From positions 1 to 64,000 of the forward strand of contig JAAILG010001106.1 in the NCBI GenBank assembly GCA_012026655.1: 64,000 nt of DNA, read 5' to 3'. The position numbers were made by a program, and so were the translations under genes. Positions 1-10,172 of the stretch are shown here, piece after piece; within the stretch, counting starts at the first letter, position 1; every line of letters begins with the position of its first letter. The notes under the pieces were generated by a model that saw only the letters and a program-made list of their open reading frames with translations, made no database searches and had not been told where the DNA came from. This DNA comes from Hydrolagus affinis (Eukaryota).

Positions 1-1398
1 AGATCAGTGAAAGCTCATGACAATTATCTAGATTTATGTTTCAATAAGCCAAGTCATCTTGATAAAGTATTGTTTTATACACTCAATATTTCTTGTGTTA
101 CAATATTAAAGTCTAAAGGAAAAAGATTATTTTAAAAAATGTCCCCAAATACTCCAAGTTCCGTTCGTGTCACAATCGCTTTCTAATTTACTCATCACCA
201 TTAGTTATGCAACCAAAAATGAAAAGTAGTTCAACTGGATAACCATAGGCAGATCTGTTATGGTTACGTTGCAGTACCACACAATATGCTGTACAGTGAC
301 TATTAGCAGAAAATAGATATAACTAGTTAATAGACATCTTTCCTAACATTATTGTCAAGTGATCTACTGATGGTTACAATTAATTGACCATAAGATCCGT
401 ATCTTCACTCCCTACTAGAAGTTTAAAAGGTAAATAATTCTCTGTCGTAGGGGGAGGCAAAGAGACCTTTTCCCTATGAAATACATTTAGAAGACATAGT
501 TGATTACAGATTAACACAAAGCTGACCTTGTAATTAATCGTATGCATTAATTTCTGCATTGCAGAGCTACTTCAAAAAACAAAACTTGGTAGAGCGACAG
601 GATGGGAATATGTGGATCTCTAACCATCTAATAAATCATTGTGATGAAAATGACCTTTGGAATGCAGTTTCCAGAAACGCTTGTCTCATCTGCATTCCTT
701 TCAGCAAAGCCTCTAACAAACAAACACTAAAAAAAGATGATTTCAAATAAGAGTTCATTATCTTCTATCCACTGGAGCTCTAGGGTACAGTTTTATAAAG
801 AGCTCTAAGCCAGAAGCTTCTCATCTGCGGTGGCATTTATTTCACACCAGTTTTCCTTCACATAGAAATGATGTCCCATGTGAGCCACCTAACCCAGCAC
901 AGCAAAATTCTTCCATCTACCACAATGTAGATGGGCATGCTGCTGGCTTTTCTGCCACATGTAAAAGAGGCTCCTCTGCAACCCACCTGTCAGCTTTGAA
1001 AGCTTGATTCAGGTTGAAAGAGCAGTGAGTGTAATGCAGCACCTGGCATTTCTTTCCTTTCGCAGACGCTGTTACTCATCTGAAACAAGAACATGACCAT
1101 CAGACCATGTCTCCCATGGCTCGATGACCTTTACCCTCCGCAGCAAGCATCAAGGCTCATTGGTCAGTCCTTTCAGTCAGCTCTAAACTTGATTTTTACT
1201 GCAGAAACGTTTCAATGGCAAGGAGACCAATACGTCTTTTCTTTTAAAAAACAGAAGTTCATATTGGCAGATCACAAAGACTGCAAAATCAAAAGAATAA
1301 TATTTATAAATAATTAAACGGAAAACAAACATCACTCACCCCCTTCCCCTGCTCATGGTCCTCTGAGTTTCATGTTAATTGAAGAGGCTATCCCATTA

Positions 1399-1560
1399 TA
1401 GTAAAAGCCCGTTTATCCGGCAACTCTCGGGATCTGGCCACTGCCAGTTAAAACGCGTGCTGGATATTCAGCCGAAAATACCATTTAAAAACAAAAATTG
1501 TAATGCATTTTTCTGGATAAATTCCGGATAATCGAATGCAGACCTTTTTTTGAGGTGCTG
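1399..1560 (+). mobile_element. Partial, internally deleted copy of the Tigger/pogo-type MITE at 9128-9877
   Basis: TA-TAGTAAAAGCCCGTTTATCCGG...CTGGCCACTGCCAGTTAAA matches the left end of 9128. TTCTGGATAAATTCC..ATCGAATG..TTTTTT matches its right subterminal part (~9777-9825). The right TIR is absent. Confidence 0.8.
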
Positions 1561-2874
1561 TATTTCTCTTTCACTACTCAATCAGATTTCCATCACTGTT
1601 TGTAACCCATTAAGACTTTTCGTACAGTTCAAAGAATATATTTTGTCCTTTAATAAGAACAATCTTTAATGTTTCAAAATATATCAAAAAATTGCATGGC
1701 TCACAAGCACAAAGTCTCATCGACTTCAATTTACAGAGTCAATGTTAATAGTGATTGAAGACTTCATGGATGAATATGGCAACTTTACACACTGGAGACT
1801 GCTGGAGTAATTTACAAAAGAGATAAATTACTGAGGTATTTTTTTCCCCTCAACTTTTGTTCATGAACTACATTGTGAAAAAGCCAACGGTTGTTACTGC
1901 TGGAAAATGGAAGACTTTCCCACTTTGAAGTTCACTGTACAGTAACATTATTCAAAGGAGAAAATAGCACTTAATTTAATTGATAGCACAAGTGCACATT
2001 TCCCAAGAGACCACTGTTTAAAACAAATAGTGTTTTTAATCTAATTTATTTGTTATAAAGTACAAAATATTTATGATTTATAAATAGATCAAGGACTTCA
2101 ATATTAAGCATTCAAAGCAATGGAATAACATTTAGTATATTGAACAATTAGCAATGATGAGCACCATTGAGGATAATTTAACAATTTAGTTAAATGACTG
2201 CCACTTATAGTAAATCTATTTTGAATCCTCTAGATATACAAACACATCGCACTGCTTTTTTCAGGATTTCATGAAAGATTGAGCAGAAAGCTAACGCTTA
2301 TATGAAAGGTATATCACAGCCAAAACTGAATAAATGCATCCTGAGTGCCATCTAATGTTAACAAAAAGAAATGTTTTGCAGAAGGCTTGTTTTTCGCACT
2401 GCATTCATTTAATTTAATCTTGCTATGATATGCTTTATCACTAAGCTCTTCGGGTAGTTGTCATGGAGCCAAATAATTCCACTGTCTGCCATCACACTGA
2501 CTGAAGAGGGGCTAAGTAGATTTACCATTGAAATTTCTCTGAAACGCTTTCCTTCCCACTTCCGAATTTCTTCTCTCTTCTGCTATTGTTGCCCCAAGTC
2601 GATACTGTTCTACTTACACTAGTCATCTTCCATTATTTTGCCCAAGCACCCATCTATAGATAATCAGCAAGTGTCAACTACACTGGGTTATGGTTGGTCT
2701 AAATATTTTATTTAGACCATTTTGTCTTAAAATTTGAGTTTGCACAGAGTTGCAGAAAATTCTTAAATTCAGGCTTAAATTGGAAGCTGTTTCTACGGAA
2801 AAAACGATTTCCAAAATAGGACTAAACGTAAGAATTGACCATACCTCTGTGCATTTTCCACACCTCTATGCATC

Positions 2875-3120
2875 CATGTCTCCCTTGCAGCCTCTCTGCC
2901 CCCACTCTTTGAAACTCCATCCTACAATCCCTTCACCTTGCTCCATCTCTTGCCGCCTTCAAGACACAACTCAAGATGCTCCTTTTTGACCATGCCTTCA
3001 GCCGCCAGCTTACGCCCTCTGCCCTACCTCATCCCAACCATGCACCAACACCACCCCCGCTCCGCCCCATGCTTGGGTCCTGATCCCCTTGGGACATTCT
3101 CCCCACATTAAAGGTGCTTT
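2875..3120 (+). mobile_element. L2 LINE 3' fragment
   Basis: CCTTCAAGACACAACTCAAGATGCTCCTTTTTGACCATGCCTTC, then a C-rich UTR and CTTGGGACATT..AAAGGTGCT tail shared with other L2 copies in the window. Confidence 0.8.
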
Positions 3121-3122
3121 TT

Positions 3123-3648
3123 CATAGAATTGTACAGCATAGAAGGAGGCCATTCAGTCCATCATGTCTGTGCTGGCTCTTTGGAAAGAGCTGAGCTGTC
3201 CATATCACTCCCACTCCCCGCGCACTCCCCATAGCCCTGCAAACCTGTCCTCCCCAAATAACTATCTACTCTCTTAAAAGTTGTTATCAAATCGGCATCC
3301 ACCACCCTTTCAGGCAATGCATTCCAGATCCAAACAACTCACTGCGTGAAAATATTTCTTGTCACCTCTTCTGTGTTCTTTTTTAACAACTATTTCAAAT
3401 CGGTGTCCCGGGTTACCGATCCACTCGCTGGTGGAAATAGTTTCTCCTTGTTCACCCTTGTCAAATCCCCTGATAATTTTGAAAACTCTACTAAATCTCT
3501 TCTTAACCTTCTCTGCTTTAAGGAGAATAATCCTAGTTTCTCTATTCCTGGTAAATCTCCTTTGCACCCTCTCCAATGCATTGACATCCTTTCTAAAGTG
3601 TGGTGCCTTGAACTGAACACAGTACTGTAGCTGAGGCCTAACCAGTGT
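3123..3648 (-). mobile_element. CR1 LINE 3' end (decayed ORF2 C-terminus and 3' UTR)
   Basis: Minus-strand translations ERVQRRFTR and EKLGLFSLKQRRLRRDLVEF..VNKEKLFP; the reverse complement of the CR1 terminus (GATGGACTGAATGGCCTCCTTCTATGCTGTACAATTCTATG) is present. Confidence 0.92.
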
Positions 3649-4599
3649 AATTTTGTTGTTTGTTGTTGTTCTTAAATATTAACAAGAAATGCTCTTGCAG
3701 ACTAAAGGTGAAATGAAATTTCAGCCTTGAGGTCTCAGAACACACACACACATGCATACCATTGCACTTTTCGTGCAGGGCTTACTGGATAGTGATCAAG
3801 AGTGTCACAATCCCTTACCAACTATTGCACAATCTAGGGTTTACTTGCAGCACCCTCTACTGTCATCTTTTATTTATTCTTCTTCTACATTCCATTCCTG
3901 ATATTCTAGCTTGGATAGCAGAACACAAAGAAACATTCCTCGCTTTTATTAACCAGACTTTGATTTATTTTCCTTGTAACCTGAGGTTTTGTGAGTGCCT
4001 GAACCCACAACTGGGTGAACTTTGACGTGTTTGACATCTAATGCTAATACCCATCTGCTACTGCATTAAGTTATAAATGAGCAATTAATTACAAACAACA
4101 CTGCTTTGAGGCAACTATAAACTAAATCTTTCTCACTGCAGAGTAAAGGATTATCATGTGAGCTAATCCACAGATTTATTTGTGATCTGTTTGATCTGAG
4201 TATCAGTTTATATTGATAGCTGAATACCCTCCGAACTTTCCTTCTACAACTTAGTTATTTCCATGACATTCTCAGTGGATTCAAAAGAAATACTACATGA
4301 GAGCAAATGTTATTGCTGCTCAAAGGCCAAAATGGTAAGGACACTGGCCAGAGGAGAACTTTTGTAGACATGAAAGGTACATTACGATTCCTAGTCTGTG
4401 CTGTGTTAGCAAGCCTCCGTAGGGTCTGAAGTAGCTTTGCCCTCAAGAATCCTGGGTGTGTCAAGCCAAGTTTACTATTCATGATTGTTATTTCTGGAAC
4501 AGTACCAGGAAGTTTTTCAACAACTGGGACAGATTGCCAGGAAGGGTATGAGAGGCCAAGACACTGGACTAATTTAAAATGCAACCTGGATTGGAGAAC

Positions 4600-4682
4600 A
4601 ACAGAGTAGGTGTTCTGAAAGAATGAGATCAGATGGGCCAAAGTGTCTTCTTCATCCAAACAAATCTTGTGATCTTATGATT
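4600..4682 (+). mobile_element. CR1-like 3' terminus (older subfamily)
   Basis: GATCAGATGGGCCAAAGTGTCTTCTTCATC..CTTGTGATCTTATGA, the same ending as at ~6250-6302 and ~25500-25538. Confidence 0.6.
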
Positions 4683-4786
4683 TAAGATCTGAAGAATGAA
4701 TGCATGGGAGAATGCATGGGACAGCTAGGTGAGCATAAGATGCTACCATCACTTAGTGACAAGGCTCACATACCTGGAAATGATAC

Positions 4787-4975
4787 TAATAATAATAATG
4801 ATAATCCTTACATTTGATATAGCACCTTTTCACATCTTTGAAACATCTCAAAGTGCTTCACAGAATATATTGTAAAGTGAATTGACTGTATATTATGTGG
4901 GAGAAATGTGGCAGCCAGTTGCACTCAGCAGTGATTCACAAATAGTCGTAGATTGAAGTGACCAATTTTTTTTGA
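4787..4975 (-). mobile_element. tRNA-derived SINE, 3' half
   Basis: (AAT)n-CCTTACATTTGATATAGCAC...TTCACAGAATATATTGTAAAGTGAATTGACTG...GATTGAAGTGACCAATT is the reverse complement of the SINE at 11948. Confidence 0.9.
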
Positions 4976-5177
4976 AAAAGTGATGGAATTTTTACCCTTG
5001 GAAAAGCAGTCCACCAATCGCTAACAACTGGTTAACGATCATTTCTGAATCATCACATGAGATATATATGTGTGTGCGATCCAAAATTTAGGTGAAGTGT
5101 TATATTTGGAATGCCAGGAAAGAGACCTTGATAGGGCATGCACATCAGAATGATAAGTGGCAAATTAAGTTCAGTAA

Positions 5178-5240
5178 AGATAATCTAAAGTACTAGATTA
5201 TCGAAGGTACTAGATAATCTAAGGTACTAGACTTACGAAG
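5178..5240. repeat. 17-bp tandem repeat, about 3.7 units
   Basis: AGATAATCTAAAGTACT / AGATTATCGAAGGTACT / AGATAATCTAAGGTACT / AGACTTACGAAG. Confidence 0.9.
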
Positions 5241-5397
5241 CACAAATAGTGCTCCATAGATGATAGAACTTTTCCAAAGGGGAAGCTGAAAAAGATCCAG
5301 TGGGTATTGGTAGGCTTACCATGTAAAAACAGCAATAAACAAGGCAAACATCATGTTTGGTTAGATGTATTGTACAATCATTTGACTTTCATTACAT

Positions 5398-5830
5398 CAA
5401 CAACAACAACTTACATTCAATTCAGTGCCCTCCATGCCGGGTAGTGTCTCAGAGCGCTTAACAGTGATGGATCCTGACTCTGAACTGGGGTGGGGTGGGG
5501 GTTGCAGGGAGGTGGCAGAGGAAAGAAAAGGAAAGTTTTCAGATGGGACTTGAAAATGGGGCGAGAGGAGTCATGGCAGAGGGTTTGTAGAGGGAGAGTA
5601 TTCCAGCATTTGGGGGCGTAGTGGCTGAGAGTGCGACCTCCGATGGTGGAACGGTCGATGCACAGGACGAGCAGGAGGCCGGTGCCAGTCGAGTGAAGGC
5701 ACCGGGTGGTGGATTGGTGAGTGAAGAGGTCGGAGAGCTAGGGAGGTGCCAGGGAGTGAGTGGATTTGAACACATGAGTGAGGATCTTGAAGTCAATCCA
5801 TTCGGTGACGGGGAGGCAGTGGAGCCTGGT
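5398..5830 (-). mobile_element. L2 LINE 3' end
   Basis: (CAA)n tail, GTCTCAGAGCGCTT stem, and GAGGATCTTGAAGTCAATC (antisense of IDFKIL); homologous to 39620-40346 and 48551-49200. Confidence 0.9.
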
Positions 5831-6889
5831 CAGACATCATACTCAGGTAATCATATATCAGTACTCTGGTCAGCCTGTAGCTAGAGTAATGCATAAAGTA
5901 TGAATGCGAACACATAAAGAGACAGCCAGGGAATCCAGCAGAGAGCAACAAGGATGCTCTTCAATCTGGAACTCAGAGAGGCCGTTATAGATGTATGCAA
6001 GATTTTAAATGGGATTCAAAAACTCAGTCCATAACAATTCTTTTGAGTGCCTGAAGACAGCAGAACAGGCCATAGGTTTAAAGTTTCAAAGGATCACTTC
6101 AGGTCAGACAGCAGGCATATATTGTTATCCAGAGAGTGACTACCGACTGAAACAGGGAATCAGGAAGTGTGGTTGAGAGCAGAATGCTGTATTCATTAAA
6201 TAAAACAGTTTGATCATGTAACAGGAAAATGGTAGAGCAGGTATTCTGGATCAAATGGGCCCAAAGACCTTCTTCATCTGAACTTTCATGTGATCTTGTG
6301 ACATTCACCTTTCTTTAAGGTCTCCAGAACACAGCTCAGCCTTTCACCTTGTGAACAGAGGATTTTCTTTCAGCATGCACTGTGACACAAGCATCCCATC
6401 TGAGTCAAAGTCGATGCTTTCTGGGTTTGGGGGTTGGCAGAAGAACACCTATTGTACTTTATTTGTTGCCTCCAAGAACAAACTTGCTTCGCTAGTGAGA
6501 TAAAATGTGGCATTAAAAGAGGCACTCGAGGGTAGTTGCTGCCTTTTAACCATACTCCCATGTGAATTGGTGGCCTCGGGAGAAGGGAAAAGAAAATCAG
6601 AGAGTGCGATAAACAAACGCAATGTGAAGGAAATAAAATGTGTGATGCCCCACGCAAGTTACCAAGGCAGAATAGTGACAGTTATGTGAACTACACAGGA
6701 GAGGTTAGTCTCACCCTGTCAAACAATGGCTAATAATGAGCGAGAATGAGAATGCAGATGGCACAAGCAAGACAAGCTAAGCAAGCAGGTCAAAGCAGGC
6801 AAAATATAGAGAAAGAGGGAGCGAGACAGAAACAGAAAATTAATGTGATCTGGTTAGGAAGAGTAACGTGCTTCTCCTATTTGTCTTTG

Positions 6890-7145
6890 TGAGCCCCATC
6901 ACCCCATCTATACAATTACCCTGCTCTCCATCCGCCAGCAAATCGAATTCAAGATCCTTGTCTTCACTTTCAAATGTCTCCATAGCCCCCACCTCTGTGA
7001 CCTCCTGTGACTATTGTAATCCTTGATTGCTCCCTCTGCTCAGCAAACAGTAGCCTGCTTCTAGCCATTCAATCACCATTATCTGGAACACCATCCTGGA
7101 GTCCCTTTGCCTTGTCCTCTCTACCTGCCTTTAAAATCCACCTTA
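6890..7145 (+). mobile_element. L2 ORF2 C-terminal fragment
   Basis: CCCATCACCCC...CAGCAAATCGAATTCAAGATCCTTGTCTTCACTTTCAAATGTCTCCAT (QQIEFKILVFTFKCLH). Confidence 0.85.
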
Positions 7146-7150
7146 ACCCA

Positions 7151-7310
7151 CCGCATTTCACCCACATATATACAGTCAATTTTCCTACTCTCCTTCCCCC
7201 TACCCCGACCCCTCCCCCACTGCTCGGGTCCGGACCTAACTCTTCAGCGCCTTGGGACGTCTGCCCGATGTGAAAGGCATATATATAATTTGTTGTTGTT
7301 TGTTGTTGTT
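7151..7310 (+). mobile_element. SINE 3' part carrying the alternative L2 (TTG)n tail
   Basis: SINE body ...CCCACATATATACAGTCAATT is joined to TTCCTACTCTCCTTCCCCCTACCCCGAC...CAGCGCCTTGGGACGTC..(TTG)n. Confidence 0.8.
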
Positions 7311-8026
7311 AATACCCATCTTTCAGCCCAATTCCTTTTCCCCAGCTCAGACTCCACGTCAGCTGTGTGAGACATCCTCCCAACCTGAGTATAAATTGTT
7401 GTTGTTCAAATTATATACTCTATCTACTCTAATCCCATTCTCCACCTCTTTCATGCAAGCTTTTACTATTACAGTAATACGATCACAAGCAAAAAAAAAG
7501 ATAGAAAGATAGAAAGAAAATTGGGTTAAAGGTTAAGGAAAGTTATCAAGGAATTGCACGCTATGTACTCACTCAATCAGCTTCCCTCAGTCACATTTAA
7601 GATCCACACCATCATGGGACTGAACTCAAATACCAATTTTTCAGTTCTGGCCACAAAATGGAGCAAACTGCCAAACTGATGTCTGTTAAATCAACCTAGA
7701 CTGTCTCCTCTGTCTGAATCTATTCTCTGCACCATATAGTTGTTCCCAGGCTAACTGATTATGACATGGCCGACTGGCAGATGCCAGAGATATCATTTTT
7801 CAGTATCTGAAAGGACCAGTGGAATAGAAAGTGATGGGATCAGTGACCTTGACAGCCACAGGCAGAAGAAGGCTCCCAGGTATCAAAAGCTCACTACAGG
7901 CTGGTATATCAAGAGGCCAACAACGCAAGACTGATCCATCCAACAAATCAGGAAAAGTCATTCAGAAATGACAAATCCCCATCTCAGGGCTGGTCTGCAA
8001 CCTTCTCTTCTTCTTGCAGCAGATAT

Positions 8027-8083
8027 AGCGCCTTGGGACGTCTTCCTGACATCAAAGGCACTAAACAAATGTAACTTGTATTG
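8027..8083 (+). mobile_element. Isolated L2/SINE 3' stem-loop tail
   Basis: AGCGCCTTGGGACGTCTTCCTGACATCAAAGGCACTAAACAAATGTAA. Confidence 0.75.
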
Positions 8084-8152
8084 TATCTGGTGTTCTGAAA
8101 GCAAAATGGTGCTTTAGGTACTTTGGTATATGTGGCATTTTGTAGTATATTG

Positions 8153-8625
8153 TAGGGTCCGGCGATATATTGATATATCGGTTATATCCGATATAATTTT
8201 CATATTGATATGCCGATATAGACATTTTTGAAATATCGATATATTGAAAAGTCGATATATCGGAAAAGATCGGAATGTGAGCGCACTGAACTACAAGACC
8301 CAGAATGCTCATCTCTATACACAATGCACAGACCGAGGTGCAAGCCGCCATATTGTATTCATAGTCCTCGAATACAATATACAGGTATGCAAGGGGTGGG
8401 GGGAGGAGGGAGATGGCGGGGGGGGTGTGTAGGGGGGGAAGGGAGACGGCGGGGGGGGAGGGAGACGGGGGTGGGGGTGGGGGGGGAAGGGAGATGGCGG
8501 GGGGGTGGGGGGGAGAGAGACGGCAGGGTGGGAGGGAAGAGAGAAGAGAGGATAGATGGAGATGGGGGGGATGTGAGAGAGGAGAAAGACACAGACAGAA
8601 AACACAGAGATGGAGAGAGTGAGCG

Positions 8626-8664
<39 letters not shown>

Positions 8665-8806
8665 TTTACTTCCTGAGGAGATAGGCACCTCGCGACGCAC
8701 GTGCATGTGCAGTACGAAAACCCCGAAAATATCGATATCTCGGTATGTCTCAATATGAGCCCATCGATATATCTAAATCGGAAAATTTCCACATCGACAG
8801 ACCCTA
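8153..8806. mobile_element. Non-autonomous hAT-superfamily DNA transposon (MITE), complete
   Basis: Termini TAGGGTCCGGCGAT ... ATCGACAGACCCTA (12/14 inverted match); perfect 8-bp TSD GTATATTG at 8145-8152 and 8807-8814; dense subterminal CGATAT/ATATCG motifs at both ends. Confidence 0.92.
8392..8662. repeat. G-rich degenerate minisatellite grading into a (GA)n microsatellite inside the hAT element
   Basis: About 5 units containing GGGAGA(C/T)GG(C)GGGG at 8392-8540; near-pure (GA)n at ~8627-8662. Confidence 0.9.
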
Positions 8807-8831
8807 GTATATTGTAGCATGTTGTAGTATA

Positions 8832-9950
8832 TGTAGCATATTGGTTAGAACACTCGCCTCACAAACAAGAGGACCTGGGTTTTTACTCATGAGCAGGTTG
8901 AAACGTGAGTGGAGAAATGTGAGACACATTTCTCCACACACCTCTGTTTACCTAGCTGTAAATAGGAACCTGTTTGTTAGTCAATTGGCAGATGATGTTT
9001 CTGGGCTAATAATCCATTCATATAAAAATGTTAAAAAATTATTTACTCACATAATCCACGACTGTGTGTGGGTCACTGCTGCATGCAATTGGCTGCTGCA
9101 TTTTGCCCACAATCAATTTACTTTATACAGTAGAAGCCCGTTTATCCGGTACCCGCGGGACCTGGCCAATGCCAGTTAAAGCGCCTGCCGGATATTCGGG
9201 CGGCCCGCGACCGAAAACCCACTACAAAAAAATTAAAGTTCTTTTAAAGTACACCATACACACTAGATTAAGTAATAACAGATAATAACAGAATATATAT
9301 TGGTACCCACTGTCAAAACCACTCCTCCGTACCTCTCACCCCCACCAGTTGAGGTTTACAGTCCAGCGATCCTCCTCCAAATGGAGAACGCCAAGCGAGT
9401 GAAAAAAACGGCAGTGCAATTTCAAAGTCGCGCAACTTTACTAGCCGCAAGTCGAAGCCCTAGACTCTACAAGCAGCAAACCGAAATACTGCACCTGCGC
9501 GACAATGTGGGTTATCGGCTAGCGTTATCGGCTTGCCGCTAGTATGACTTCAAAGTCATACGCGCTCCGTTTCTTTCACCCGCTTGGCGTGCCCCACTCC
9601 AAAAAGAATCGCTGAACTATAAATCCCAACTGCAGCATCATGACTTCGAGCCTGTGCTTGAGCCTGCATCTACCAGCAAAGGTAAAAAGCACAAGAGAGT
9701 AGCCTCAACAAGTACCAATACAACACTCTGCCATTACGTTATTATTTATGCATTTACAAATGCTCCACTGCTATTGTTCTGGATAAGTTCCTGTTTATCG
9801 AATGGGGACTTTTTTTTGGTGTGCCGGTTATATGGAAGTGCCGGTGCATTGAGTCACAGATAAACGGGCTTCTACTGTAGTATATTCTGTGAAGCGTTTC
9901 GAGATGTCTCAAAGAAGTGATGGGGCGTTATATCAAATGTAAGGTTTATT
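8832..9950 (+). mobile_element. tRNA-derived SINE (long variant) split by the Tigger MITE
   Basis: Head TGTAGCATATTGGTTAGAACACTCGCCTCACAA..; the body runs to CAATTTACTTTA(TA) at 9127 and resumes at 9878 with TAGTATATTCTGTGAAGCG...TCAAATGTAAGG. Confidence 0.88.
9128..9877 (+). mobile_element. Tc1/mariner-superfamily Tigger/pogo-type MITE, complete
   Basis: Perfect 19-bp TIRs CAGTAGAAGCCCGTTTATC / GATAAACGGGCTTCTACTG; TA duplicated at 9126-9127 and 9878-9879; transposase N-terminus-like remnant at 9640-9701. Confidence 0.95.
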
Positions 9951-9952
9951 AT

Positions 9953-10172
9953 CAAAAACACAAAATACTGTACTGCAGAAGCTGGAAATCTGAAACAAAA
10001 CAGGAATCGCTGGGAACACTCAGCAGTTAGGCAGCATCCATGGAGAAAGGAAAAGTGAGTCAACATTTTGAGTTCTGCAAAGGGTCGTTGACCTGAAACA
10101 ATGACTCACTTTCCTTTCTCCATGCTTGCTGCCTGACCTGCTGAGTGTTCCCAGCAATTACTGTTTTGTTAT
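9953..10172. mobile_element. Penelope-like inverted-repeat (pseudo-LTR) element with decayed hammerhead core
   Basis: Arms GCTGGGAACACTCAGCAGTTAGGCAGCATCCATGGAGAAAGGAAAAGTGAGTCA and TGACTCACTTTCCTTTCTCCATGCTTGCTGCCTGACCTGCTGAGTGTTCCCAGC; centre CTGCAAAGGGTCGTTGACCTGAAAC. The family assignment is from recalled chondrichthyan repeats. Confidence 0.75.

Larger units (their letters stand above)
5110..6302 (+). mobile_element. Old CR1 3' fragment interrupted by an L2 insertion
   Basis: DKWQIKFS-like stretch at ~5150, CAGAGAGCAACAAGGATG (~5940) and a CR1-type end at 6250-6302. Heavily decayed. Confidence 0.6.

Noticed and set aside
1048-1130. Strong splice acceptor TTTCTTTCCTTTCGCAG at ~1065
   Set aside because: All three frames stop within ~65 nt and no good donor follows; it cannot be supported without transcript data.
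4255-4659. 134-aa minus-strand ORF
   Set aside because: It begins inside an antisense CR1 terminus with a non-ATG start and shows no recognisable homology.
5178-5240. CRISPR-like array
   Set aside because: The units are contiguous with no unique spacers, the context is a vertebrate CR1 fragment, and there are no cas genes.
8061-8792. Longest ORF (243 aa, minus) and overlapping 100-176 aa ORFs
   Set aside because: They are open only because of the stop-poor G/GA low-complexity core of the hAT MITE; the translations are poly-P/S/L or G/R/E with no domain.
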